Shown here piece by piece: positions 45,815-55,075 of a stretch of DNA of 64,000 bases. Location of the stretch: assembly GCA_048938385.1 (NCBI GenBank), contig JBHLMG010000002.1, positions 129,596-193,595 of the forward strand, given 5' to 3'. The DNA comes from Promethearchaeota archaeon (GTDB taxonomy: Archaea; Asgardarchaeota; Hermodarchaeia; Hermodarchaeales; Hermodarchaeaceae). Numbering within the stretch: the first letter of the stretch is position 1; each line of letters opens with the position of its first letter. A program made the position numbers and the translations under genes. The notes under the pieces are model-generated. The model worked only from the letters and a program-made list of their open reading frames with translations. It had not been told where the DNA came from and did no database searches.

Positions 45815-46273
45815 ATGCATAACTTCAGTTACCTCATTCCTGGCGTCCTTGCCGGTGCTAGTAAACCTCGCGGTAAACAGGATTTGACTTACCTTGCTAT
45901 GCAGGGAATCAAGGTGTTAGTCACTGCTATGGAGGACTCGCTCGACGAAGAAGCTGTTAAAACCACAGGACTCGAATACCATTACTTTCCAGTTTTACCC
46001 TATGGCACACCTTCACTTCAGCAAATCAACGAGTTTGTCGAGCTAGTAAATAAAAATCGAACCAGGAATCGACCAGTAGCTGTCCATTGTTTTATGGGCT
46101 GGGGCCGTACTGGTACTTTACTTGGAGCGTATCTCGTCAGTGAAGGACTCTCTGCCAGTGATGCGATCGATGAAGTTCGTAAAAAGCGTCCTGGCTCTAT
46201 TGAAACCAGTGGGCAAGAACAGGTATTATATATCTATGAAAAAGCATTAGCTGTCCGAAACAAAACGAAGTAG
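45815..46273 (+). CDS. Dual-specificity / Cys-based protein phosphatase (CX5R)
   Basis: VHCFMGWGRTGT is the HCxxGxxR(S/T) P-loop. The 152-aa size is typical of minimal DSPs. Confidence 0.8.
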   Translation: MHNFSYLIPGVLAGASKPRGKQDLTYLAMQGIKVLVTAMEDSLDEEAVKTTGLEYHYFPVLPYGTPSLQQINEFVELVNKNRTRNRPVAVHCFMGWGRTGTLLGAYLVSEGLSASDAIDEVRKKRPGSIETSGQEQVLYIYEKALAVRNKTK

Positions 46274-46376
46274 CGATCTTTCTAAGTAACTATACTGGCT
46301 TTGGTGTCACAGGGTATTTCAGGAGAACAAGTGTGGCAGAAGGTTACATACAAGGTCTTTTCACCTACAATGATAA

Positions 46377-47207
46377 CTAAAACAGCGTACACCGCAGGAT
46401 AGCCTGAAGTATTTTTGTATGGACTTGTCGCTTCAATTCTACTTTCTGATCCTGAGATTTCCACATTGGTAACCCGTGAAGGGGTAAATCCCCAACGCGG
46501 ATAATGCCTGCAGAACGGAGATTGTAATGGTGAGTCAGTGCGTAGAGCACTGAAAGTTCCATATCTACAGTATATACGCCCTGTCGTTGTAAGCCGAGTA
46601 AGAAGGATTTTGTTTCACAAGTGAGGAATGGTACCGTAGCATGCAACTGGTTGTGAATCGTTATGTCTAAATCAGCCATGGCATCTTCTAAAGTCGTTTG
46701 GATGTACTTTGCTAGATTAGAGTCTGCAATTGCGGGAACATCTTGAGGGAATAGGATTTCTAGGACTTTGTCTAGACGGAGACAAGACGGTGGAATGTTG
46801 ATGTCTACGGTTTGAACCTTATCACTGAGGCCTGCTCCCGTTCCGACAAACAGGATTGTTTTAGTGTTCTGGCAGTTACAGAACACATTAGCGATGTCAG
46901 CAAAAATGGAGGCTCCAATTCCTGTTCGACAGAAGAGCACCTGTTTATCCTTACTTCGAAGGAGAAAACCACATTTTACCTCTTGGTATCTAAGATTTTC
47001 GGCTTTAATGACAGGCAAGAATTCGCTGAAGATCTGATCAACCTTAAAGGGTGTAAGCACCAGGGTCTCAGGGATTTGTTCTTCTTTGAGGCCAGTGATA
47101 GAATCCGTTGCCCACCGCATGACCTCTTGACTGAGCTCACCATAGGTCATTATAGTCACCTTACAGTCATCTTCTAATAGGCATCTTAAAACTTGGTTGT
47201 CTATCAT
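46377..47207 (-). CDS. Nucleoside phosphorylase (PNP_UDP_1) superfamily protein
   Basis: FCRTGIGASI..., ILFVGTGAGL and TVDMELSVLYAL resemble the phosphorylase-fold motifs. Divergent. Confidence 0.6.
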   Translation of the reverse strand: MIDNQVLRCLLEDDCKVTIMTYGELSQEVMRWATDSITGLKEEQIPETLVLTPFKVDQIFSEFLPVIKAENLRYQEVKCGFLLRSKDKQVLFCRTGIGASIFADIANVFCNCQNTKTILFVGTGAGLSDKVQTVDINIPPSCLRLDKVLEILFPQDVPAIADSNLAKYIQTTLEDAMADLDITIHNQLHATVPFLTCETKSFLLGLQRQGVYTVDMELSVLYALTHHYNLRSAGIIRVGDLPLHGLPMWKSQDQKVELKRQVHTKILQAILRCTLF

Positions 47208-47252
47208 GAGGTTTTATCAAGGAAATAAAACCGTTGTACGAGTGTAATCGTT

Positions 47253-48116
47253 ATGTTAGCTCCCACGAATCGTATCTCAGTGATCTTAGAATCAACCATG
47301 GTAGGACCATTATGGGCACGGGCAGAATATAGCAAATTATTTCCAAATATTTTGTATGATCTCCAAGCTATTGATTTAATTGAGAAGGTGAAAAAACAAC
47401 ATCCTGAATCAGAACGGGAATTTCGTGCCATGGAAGGATTTATTGACGAGTTTTATGGGCTTACATTTTTAATTCGAGCTAGACTCTTCGAGGATGCCAT
47501 CAAGGAATTTATTTCGCGAAATCCAGAGGCAACAGTAGTAAACATTGGTTGTGGGTTAGATACAACATACACACGCATAGACAATGGGCAAATTACTTGG
47601 TATGACTTGGATTTGCCTAAAGCGATCGATTATCGTAGAAGGTGGCTCCCAGAAACCGCACGAAACAAGTACATCGCTCAATCCGTGTTTGACCCTTCCT
47701 GGATAAGACAGGTGGACTTCTCAGAAAAGAGGGGCTTATTCTGCTTTGCTGGGGGGTTATTTCATTATTTCTCCGAATCCAAAGTGGCTTCTCTCTTCCA
47801 AGCCCTGGCTGAAGCGTTTCCTCGAAGTGAACTTCTTTTCGATATGGTATCTAAACTGGGTATCCGTATATTGAAGCGACGGTTCAAATCGTATGGTATT
47901 GAGAGTCCTGACATCAAATTTGGGCTCAGGAACCCCCGAATACAAATTCCCTCTTGGACAAAGAAGGCTAAGGTGCTCAAGTGGTTTCCCATGTTTTCTC
48001 GCATACCTCTAAATCCCTATTGGAAATGGAAAACCCGTATTATGATGCGGCTCAGTGATTGGTTTGGAGTTGTAACCTTTATCCATGTTAAATTTCAGTC
48101 TAGCTACAATGGCTGA
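47253..48116 (+). CDS. Class I SAM-dependent methyltransferase (TcmP / Leu-carboxyl-MTase-like)
   Basis: PLWARAEYS... at the N-terminus and VVNIGCGLDTTYTRI (SAM motif I). Confidence 0.7.
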   Translation: MLAPTNRISVILESTMVGPLWARAEYSKLFPNILYDLQAIDLIEKVKKQHPESEREFRAMEGFIDEFYGLTFLIRARLFEDAIKEFISRNPEATVVNIGCGLDTTYTRIDNGQITWYDLDLPKAIDYRRRWLPETARNKYIAQSVFDPSWIRQVDFSEKRGLFCFAGGLFHYFSESKVASLFQALAEAFPRSELLFDMVSKLGIRILKRRFKSYGIESPDIKFGLRNPRIQIPSWTKKAKVLKWFPMFSRIPLNPYWKWKTRIMMRLSDWFGVVTFIHVKFQSSYNG

Positions 48117-48177
48117 TTGAATGCGATGAGGATATTCCTGTTTTGATGAGACATTAAGTAATTGGAATCGGTGCTGG

Positions 48178-49590
48178 TTAATCTTTTTTCCAGGTCTCCT
48201 CTCCGATGTATTGCCCAATTCCACTTGAGTCCTTCGGACCCACCTTCACTGTCCATCCAGTCGCTTCCTCTGTTTCACCACTTAACCGAGCAGCCATCCC
48301 CGGGCTAATCAGGATTTTATGGTTCACTTTCGATTCAACATCGTACTCTTTCAGGGCTTCAGCAATAACATCAGCAGTAAGCTTCCGACCTGCTACTGCG
48401 GACTGGATACTCAATCCTTCCGTATCCACTACTACCAAATAGGCATCGATGCCTGCCTGCTTGATATCACTCTCAACGGTGAAGTAAGTCAGGGCAAAGT
48501 TGGAAGTATACATCACCGGAGAATCCTTGGTTGGCGTACCAAATTCTCTCAATCCTGGTTCAACAGCCACTGGTTTGACCGGATCTGTGTAAATATTAGT
48601 GCGAAGGAAGGTTAACGGTAATTGCACCCACATATCCAAACTATGTAAAACGAGGATATCTGCATACCGAATAATCATCGCTGCCCCCGCAAGAGTTTCC
48701 TGCCATTTCGCCAACTCCTCAGCCTCCCCCTCTTTATGATCACCCCAAACAGAAATCGGCGTAGCAAGCAAGGGAAAACCCACACCTAAGTCGCGCTCAC
48801 GAGTTGCGGCTCGGCGTAACATGGTGAAATCATCAACGGTTGCCCCTAAGGCCGCCTCGAACTCGTTACCTGGATCCAAAACAATATTCAAACCCATCTG
48901 ATCTAGCGTAGACGCCAACGACTTCAAACTTGAGAGATCCCCTGGCGCATACACTACAATCGGGCATTGGTATTTCTCGGCCAAAGCGGAAACTTCTTGC
49001 CAAGTCTCCTTGGTCGCAGCATATAAGAGGGGTCGCCGTGAAGCCAATACTTCAGCGCCAGCAGCCAATATCTTGGGATTCAACGAACACAACATAATTG
49101 GCCATTGAGTAAGCTCACCAAGTCGTTTCGCGGCTTCAGCAAATTTCTTTGGATCACCAGATACAGATCGGAGAGCTATCCCATCTAACCGTAAATTCAT
49201 TCCAATATAGAGATAAGTCCAATTTTCTATGGCTTCAACCCGTTTTTTCATCTCCTCTGGTGCTGCTGTATCAGCAACATCCACAAAGAAAGCAGTCGGA
49301 TGCATGTATCTCAGATCGTGACGGTAAAGGACAAGTTCACCACCAATCGAAACCTTATGCTCTCCTGTTCCTATCACCACTTCTCGGACTGGTGGTCGCA
49401 TGAGTTCATCCAGCTTCTCTCGCTTTTGAGCGTATTCACGTTCTCGATACAGCGGTAAACACGCCTTAATGCCGATAGTATATTCCGCAGCCTTGGTGGC
49501 AAAGGCCATACAGTTTGCTTCGCCACATTCTCCACAGTTCGTCTGAGGGAGTAGAGGATAGATATCCATTGGACCTGCACGTTTAGCCAT
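48178..49590 (-). CDS. cdhE: Corrinoid iron-sulfur protein large subunit / acetyl-CoA decarbonylase-synthase gamma subunit
   Basis: The N-terminal LPQTNCGECGEANCMAFATKAA is the 4Fe-4S motif of CdhE/AcsC. The 470-aa length fits the layout of TIM barrel plus C-terminal B12-binding domain. Confidence 0.85.
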   Translation of the reverse strand: MAKRAGPMDIYPLLPQTNCGECGEANCMAFATKAAEYTIGIKACLPLYREREYAQKREKLDELMRPPVREVVIGTGEHKVSIGGELVLYRHDLRYMHPTAFFVDVADTAAPEEMKKRVEAIENWTYLYIGMNLRLDGIALRSVSGDPKKFAEAAKRLGELTQWPIMLCSLNPKILAAGAEVLASRRPLLYAATKETWQEVSALAEKYQCPIVVYAPGDLSSLKSLASTLDQMGLNIVLDPGNEFEAALGATVDDFTMLRRAATRERDLGVGFPLLATPISVWGDHKEGEAEELAKWQETLAGAAMIIRYADILVLHSLDMWVQLPLTFLRTNIYTDPVKPVAVEPGLREFGTPTKDSPVMYTSNFALTYFTVESDIKQAGIDAYLVVVDTEGLSIQSAVAGRKLTADVIAEALKEYDVESKVNHKILISPGMAARLSGETEEATGWTVKVGPKDSSGIGQYIGEETWKKD

Positions 49591-49725
49591 GAAAACGCCT
49601 CAAATGCACTGAATAGGCTTCAGATATTCAGATTTAGGATAATTAGCTTTTGTGCTTATGACACAATCTAACGAAAAGGCTTTGAAGTCGCAAGTAAGAC
49701 TCTACTCCTCCGAGCAGCTTTTGAG

Positions 49726-50889
49726 GTGCTCTTATTGATTACTGAAATCACCCAAGGCCAGGTAAATGGATTTCGAATGGACCGCCATTTTCTTACAACT
49801 AGGGCTTCGGTAAAGAACCTCGAATCAATGGTTATACGGGTGTGCGGAATTCAAGCACAGATGCCAGCCCCTGCAAGTTTGCAACTCTGGGCTCGAACCG
49901 AGAGGTTGAAACCCAAGGATGTCACCGAGGCCTTGTGGAATTCTAGATCCCTCCTTCGAACATGGTGCATGCGTGGTACTGCACACTATATTGCATCCAA
50001 AGAGTTCCCTACTTATCTGAAGGCAATACTGGAACCTCGCATCCCGCGACACAAGGAATGGCTGACTAAACGAGGCATGCGTGAATTTGGTGAAATTGTG
50101 AAAATAGATCCAATACAACATGATTTTGAAGCCATTCTGACCGCGGTTCTCCATGCGCTCTCAAATGGGCCTGCCACCCGCGATGAGGTAGCTAAGATCG
50201 TTGCAGAAGAAGTCGGACCCGAAGCCCGTCCCTGGGTCGATACAGGTTATTACATCGTCACTAAGCTCCTTGCCTACGAGGGGAGAATCTGTTTTGGCCC
50301 TGATTTGGAAGGGAAGACCTCATTGGTATTGACTGACCAATGGCTCCCCCCACAACCACTCCTCCAAAAAGAAATCGCCGAAGACAGGGTGCTCAGAAAC
50401 TACCTCGGATGTTATGGCCCCGCTACGCCACAAGATTTCTCTGCCTGGTCTGGTCTTAAAATGGCCACAATCAAACCAATTTGGGAACGGAATCTTACAC
50501 ACCTCACTGAAGTTACCCTAAATGAAAAACCTCTTTGGATTCTTCAAACTGACCTTGATGCCCTTTTAGCAACCCAAACTGATGCACGACCAGTTCGGTT
50601 ACTTCCAAACTTTGACATCTTCCTACTTGGACATAAAGACAAAAGCCACATCGTTGATGAAGCCCACTACAAACAAGTTTTCAAAAAAGCTGCTTGGATT
50701 GCGCCAGTCATACTCTGTGATGGACAGGCAATTGGAACCTGGACCCAAAAACGCACCACCCAGAAGGTCACCATCACTCTTGAACCCTTTAAAACACTCA
50801 CTAAATCCCAGCACAACGATGTTGAAACCGAAGCCCACCGTTTAGGAGACTATTTCGAACTTACCCCTGAGGTGCAACTGAGAAAATGA
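49726..50889 (+). CDS. Winged-helix YcaQ/AlkZ-family (DUF1006) DNA glycosylase-like protein
   Basis: The family pattern includes VCGIQAQ (the Q-phi-Q catalytic-type motif) near the N-terminus. The 387-aa length fits. Confidence 0.7.
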   Translation: MLLLITEITQGQVNGFRMDRHFLTTRASVKNLESMVIRVCGIQAQMPAPASLQLWARTERLKPKDVTEALWNSRSLLRTWCMRGTAHYIASKEFPTYLKAILEPRIPRHKEWLTKRGMREFGEIVKIDPIQHDFEAILTAVLHALSNGPATRDEVAKIVAEEVGPEARPWVDTGYYIVTKLLAYEGRICFGPDLEGKTSLVLTDQWLPPQPLLQKEIAEDRVLRNYLGCYGPATPQDFSAWSGLKMATIKPIWERNLTHLTEVTLNEKPLWILQTDLDALLATQTDARPVRLLPNFDIFLLGHKDKSHIVDEAHYKQVFKKAAWIAPVILCDGQAIGTWTQKRTTQKVTITLEPFKTLTKSQHNDVETEAHRLGDYFELTPEVQLRK

Positions 50890-51932
50890 AACCCTTCAAT
50901 GAGCTAAATGCCCGCGGTCGAATTCGAAGAATAAAAAAACAAGCTCAAGCCGCTATTGCAGCCTATGGGCTATCTAAGGCTAAGATGAAGTTCCTCGGTT
51001 ACTCTGGCAACGCCCACTACCAAATTGATTCATCGCAATGTGCTCCACGAGAACCAGACGAAGGAAGATATTGGGAAAATCACTACATTCTCCGGCTACA
51101 CCAACCTAATTATCAAACGGCTGAGGCAATTCGCTCGGAACTACTGTGGCTCCAAGCTATCCTTCAAGACACTGATTTGGTTGTCCCCGAACCTATATAC
51201 AATGCTGAAGGCGAGTTGATGACCTATACAGAGGTTCCAGGGTTACCAACACCTCAATATTCAACTCTCCTTCGATGGGTAAAGGGTCGAAAAACACCTA
51301 AAGAAGTCCGTGCCCACCATTACAAAGCTCTAGGTCGAGTAGCCGCACAATTACACAATCATGCAGCCAGTTGGCACCCTCCACGAGGGTTCACCCGAAT
51401 ACACTACGATTGGAACGGACTATTCAGTGATGGTGGATTATTTGATTTCCCAGCAAGTACGCTTTGGGAGTCAATTCCAAGACGCTTTCAGAAACCCTTC
51501 GAAATCATCACAGACGAGGTCCAAAATCGCATGCATGAACTTGGAACCAATCCCGCTGTGTATGGCTTAATCCATGCCGACTTGAGCTTGGATACTAATA
51601 TGCTCTGGTATCGAGGAGATATGCGTCCTATTGACTTTGACGACTCTGCATATGGTTACTGGATATATGACCTCGCCATTTCTTTAGCTGAACTAAAAGA
51701 CAATAAGACGCAACAACTGTATCGAGACGCTCTACAAGAGGGCTACACGGAGATCCGGACAATGCCCTCTTCTCAATGGAAACACCTTGACCTCTTTATC
51801 GGTGCCTGGCATGCTACAGCGTTATTATATGCGATTAACAGTTGGTTAACGCACCCAATGTTTCGAGCAGGAGCCGAGCGATGGCGCGATCAGGAAGGAG
51901 AATTTTTAATCCAAGCACTCTCACGGTTATGA
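50886..51932 (+). CDS. APH/choline-kinase-family phosphotransferase
   Basis: The Brenner-type catalytic loop is LIHADLSLDTNMLW, followed by IDFDDSAYG (DFD Mg-binding). ATGA overlap with the upstream gene. Confidence 0.75.
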   Translation: MKPFNELNARGRIRRIKKQAQAAIAAYGLSKAKMKFLGYSGNAHYQIDSSQCAPREPDEGRYWENHYILRLHQPNYQTAEAIRSELLWLQAILQDTDLVVPEPIYNAEGELMTYTEVPGLPTPQYSTLLRWVKGRKTPKEVRAHHYKALGRVAAQLHNHAASWHPPRGFTRIHYDWNGLFSDGGLFDFPASTLWESIPRRFQKPFEIITDEVQNRMHELGTNPAVYGLIHADLSLDTNMLWYRGDMRPIDFDDSAYGYWIYDLAISLAELKDNKTQQLYRDALQEGYTEIRTMPSSQWKHLDLFIGAWHATALLYAINSWLTHPMFRAGAERWRDQEGEFLIQALSRL

Positions 51933-52096
51933 TTTCTCTTGGTTGCTTGAAGTGTCCAAAATCCTCAATCTAAACAAAAGCTTTGAAAAAGTGTGTCCCA
52001 ATGATCGTTAAGTGGTGAAGCTCGCTAGAATCAGGCGACCAATGAGTAATCTTAGTATTTTTCTCAGCACTACATTATAGCAATCTTCAACTCAGG

Positions 52097-53596
52097 CTAA
52101 GTGGATTTGAGTTGGCTGATGCGGATTAGCATATCGACGAAGGATTTTTCCATAGTGGCTAGCCCACCAGTAGGTCCGCCTTCATCGATGACGATGTATT
52201 CGTTGGGTGCGTGAGCGCGGGCACCGTGACCAAGTCCGGCGGGGATGAAGGGCAGATTGAAGGGGTCTTGCGCAAACATGGAAAAGGGGGCGCTGCCGGC
52301 GATATTCGGCCAGGTTTCGAGGGGATAACTAAATGATTGGTAGGATTGGATGATTGCTTGTGCTAGGGGATGCTTTATGCTGAGCTTTGCCCAACCATAG
52401 CCACTTTCCATAGAACGAATATTCACTTCAGTAAAGCCCTGTTGATCCAAATGACGACGGATCATGGGTAGAATATCATCAACTTTCATGTTGGGAACCA
52501 ATCGGACATCCACCTTGGCTGTGGCCTTCCAGGGTAAGACGGTTTTGGTGCCAGGTCCAATGTATCCCGACCAGATGCCATCGATGTTCAATTGTGGCTC
52601 AAACAGATACTTGGTTAACGCTTCTCGACCATGTAGATCGTCGAGGAAGCATTCAATTTTCATCAACTCTTTAAAGGCTATTTCATCAAAGGTTTCCGCT
52701 AGTTTGTCGAGAACTTCCTGATCTTCTTTCGAAATAGGTGCCACTGCGTCATAAAAACCATCAATTAACACCTGATTACCATCAGGTGTAGTCATCGATG
52801 CTAACGCCTGCACTAGTCGCCAAGTGGGGCTATCTATGACGCACTTCATACTACCATGAATATCAAACTCTGTGGGTCCATACCCCCAGGATTTTCCATC
52901 TACTTCTAATTCGAAGTAAAGGATCCCTTTCACGCCCAAAAAGTTCTGAACTTTCCCGGTCTGGTCCTGGGTAGTGAATGGAAAGAACACATAATCTGCT
53001 TTCTTTACTAATTTCTCTTCTTTCTGAAGAAATTCAGGGAAATTGCGACTCCCAAGTTCTTCTTCTCCTTCAGCGACAAAAATGAGATTCACAGGCCATT
53101 TTTCACCAGTATCCAAAATGGCTTTACAGGCATTGATGAATCCCATCATGGGTCCTTTACTGTTGTAGGCTCCCCGAGCCATTAGGACACGCCCAAAAGG
53201 TTCTAGTTCAACTAATCTTGCTTCTAGGGGAGGTACAGTCCAACCAGGGTCATCAATAGGCTGCGTATCATACATCATATAAGCTAAAACTGTCTTTTCT
53301 GCGTCCGCATTTAACTCCCCAACAACCACGGGATTTCCAGCGGTTTCGACGAGTTCTGCCCGTTGACACCCCAATTCTTGGAAATACTTGGCCACCAATT
53401 TAGCACAATCACGGACACCAACATCTTGTGGCGATATCGAAGGCTGTTTCACCAGTTCTTGAACCCGTTTTATGTGTTCATCAATATGCTGATCAATATG
53501 CTTGAAAATTGCATCCTTATTCACAACTCGTCCTCCGATCAATTGATATGTAGTTACATAGGCTTGGAAGTCTGGATAAAATATTCCGTTCAGCAA
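52097..53596 (-). CDS. M20 family metallopeptidase
   Basis: YDTQP, AEGEEELGS and GLGHGARAHAPNEY motifs. Confidence 0.85.
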   Translation of the reverse strand: MLNGIFYPDFQAYVTTYQLIGGRVVNKDAIFKHIDQHIDEHIKRVQELVKQPSISPQDVGVRDCAKLVAKYFQELGCQRAELVETAGNPVVVGELNADAEKTVLAYMMYDTQPIDDPGWTVPPLEARLVELEPFGRVLMARGAYNSKGPMMGFINACKAILDTGEKWPVNLIFVAEGEEELGSRNFPEFLQKEEKLVKKADYVFFPFTTQDQTGKVQNFLGVKGILYFELEVDGKSWGYGPTEFDIHGSMKCVIDSPTWRLVQALASMTTPDGNQVLIDGFYDAVAPISKEDQEVLDKLAETFDEIAFKELMKIECFLDDLHGREALTKYLFEPQLNIDGIWSGYIGPGTKTVLPWKATAKVDVRLVPNMKVDDILPMIRRHLDQQGFTEVNIRSMESGYGWAKLSIKHPLAQAIIQSYQSFSYPLETWPNIAGSAPFSMFAQDPFNLPFIPAGLGHGARAHAPNEYIVIDEGGPTGGLATMEKSFVDMLIRISQLKST

Positions 53597-53718
53597 TTAT
53601 CCGGGTTTTACTAGATAGCTAGAACCTACGCTCATGTCATCCCTCCTTAATTCCGTTTTAGTAGTCAGTTATTTATCCCGAAAATCAGCTAGGTTCTAAC
53701 CTTGGAAGCCTGGATGTT

Positions 53719-55074
53719 ATGTTAGAGGATGTCATAGAATTTCTCGAAAAACACACGAGTAACGCTATTGAGCTGTTAAAACGCTTTGTACGAATTCCAT
53801 CGGTGGCTGCAAAAGGTGAAGGAATTGAAGACGCAGCCACTTTTCTACAGACGCATTTTGAAGACCTAGGCCTTGAAACGGTGATCCATCCTACGAAGGG
53901 TTCACCGGTCGTTACCGCACACCTTGATGTGGGTGCAAAGCGAACATTGCTGTTTTACGATCACTACGATGTGCAGCCCGCAGAACCCTTTGAGTTGTGG
54001 GATTCACCCCCTTTTGACGCAGAAATCAGAGAAGGACGGTTGTATGGACGCGGGGTTGCTGATAACAAAGGCGATACCATCTCCCGTATCTGGACTATCA
54101 AAGCATTTCAAGACACTAATACTAAGCTCCCCGTGAATGTGAAATTCGTCGTTGAAGGCGAGGAGGAAATCGGAAGCCTCAATTTACCTGAATTCGTAAA
54201 AGACAACACAAAGTTTCTAAGGGCTGATGGGGGCATCTGGGAATTTGGCGGAGCAGCCCTCGATGGGATCCAAGAAGCCTGGTTAGGTATGAAAGGTGAC
54301 CTCTATGTTCAGCTTGAAGTGGAACGCCTCAACCGGGATGTACACTCCAGCACGGCTGTTTACCTTCCCTCCGCGCCTTTCCGTTTAATCTGGGCATTAA
54401 GTTCGTTGAAGGATGAAACTGAAGGTATTCTGATCCCAGGTTGGACCGATGATGTCAAACCTCTCACTGATGCTGATTGGAAATACCTCAGGCAAGTGGA
54501 CATGCTGGAAGAAGATACCAAAAACTACTATGGCGTCGACGCTTACCTCCTCAACCTGACTGGTGATGCCCTCAAGGAGGCCTACTACAATGGGCCAAGC
54601 TGTTGTATCAGCGGGTTAACTAGTGGATGGCAAGGTGATGGATCGAAGACCGTCTTGCCTGCAAAAGCTTCGGCAAAAATCGACTTCCGGCTTGTAGAAA
54701 ATATGGAACCGCATGATCTGCTTAAAAAACTCCGGGCTCATCTCGACAACCGAGGGTTCACGGATGTGAAAATTGCCTGGTATGAAGCCTATCCTGCTGC
54801 AAAAACTCCACCCGATCATCCCATCGTCGACATTGTAAACCAAGCCAATAATCAAGTCTATGGTCACGACTTACGTGTACACATTACTAGTCCTGCTTCG
54901 GGTCCTCTTTATCTCTTCAAAGATCATGTACCCATGGTGTCAATTGGAGTAAGTGATTATGATGCCCGACAACATGCTCCTAACGAAAGTATCAAAATTG
55001 ATAACTTCCGTTTAGGCATGAAACGGATTGCTCACATTATGGACAAACTGAGTCAGTGGGTAAAACCCGTCTGA
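53719..55074 (+). CDS. M20 family metallopeptidase
   Basis: FYDHYDVQP, GRGVADNKG, VEGEEEIGS and ARQHAPNE motifs. Confidence 0.85.
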   Translation: MLEDVIEFLEKHTSNAIELLKRFVRIPSVAAKGEGIEDAATFLQTHFEDLGLETVIHPTKGSPVVTAHLDVGAKRTLLFYDHYDVQPAEPFELWDSPPFDAEIREGRLYGRGVADNKGDTISRIWTIKAFQDTNTKLPVNVKFVVEGEEEIGSLNLPEFVKDNTKFLRADGGIWEFGGAALDGIQEAWLGMKGDLYVQLEVERLNRDVHSSTAVYLPSAPFRLIWALSSLKDETEGILIPGWTDDVKPLTDADWKYLRQVDMLEEDTKNYYGVDAYLLNLTGDALKEAYYNGPSCCISGLTSGWQGDGSKTVLPAKASAKIDFRLVENMEPHDLLKKLRAHLDNRGFTDVKIAWYEAYPAAKTPPDHPIVDIVNQANNQVYGHDLRVHITSPASGPLYLFKDHVPMVSIGVSDYDARQHAPNESIKIDNFRLGMKRIAHIMDKLSQWVKPV

Positions 55075-55075
55075 A

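Noticed and set aside
47204-47431. 75-aa minus-strand ORF overlapping the methyltransferase start
   Set aside because: It overlaps the well-supported plus-strand methyltransferase N-terminus (PLWARAEYS motif) and would leave the phosphorylase-fold gene without a promoter region.
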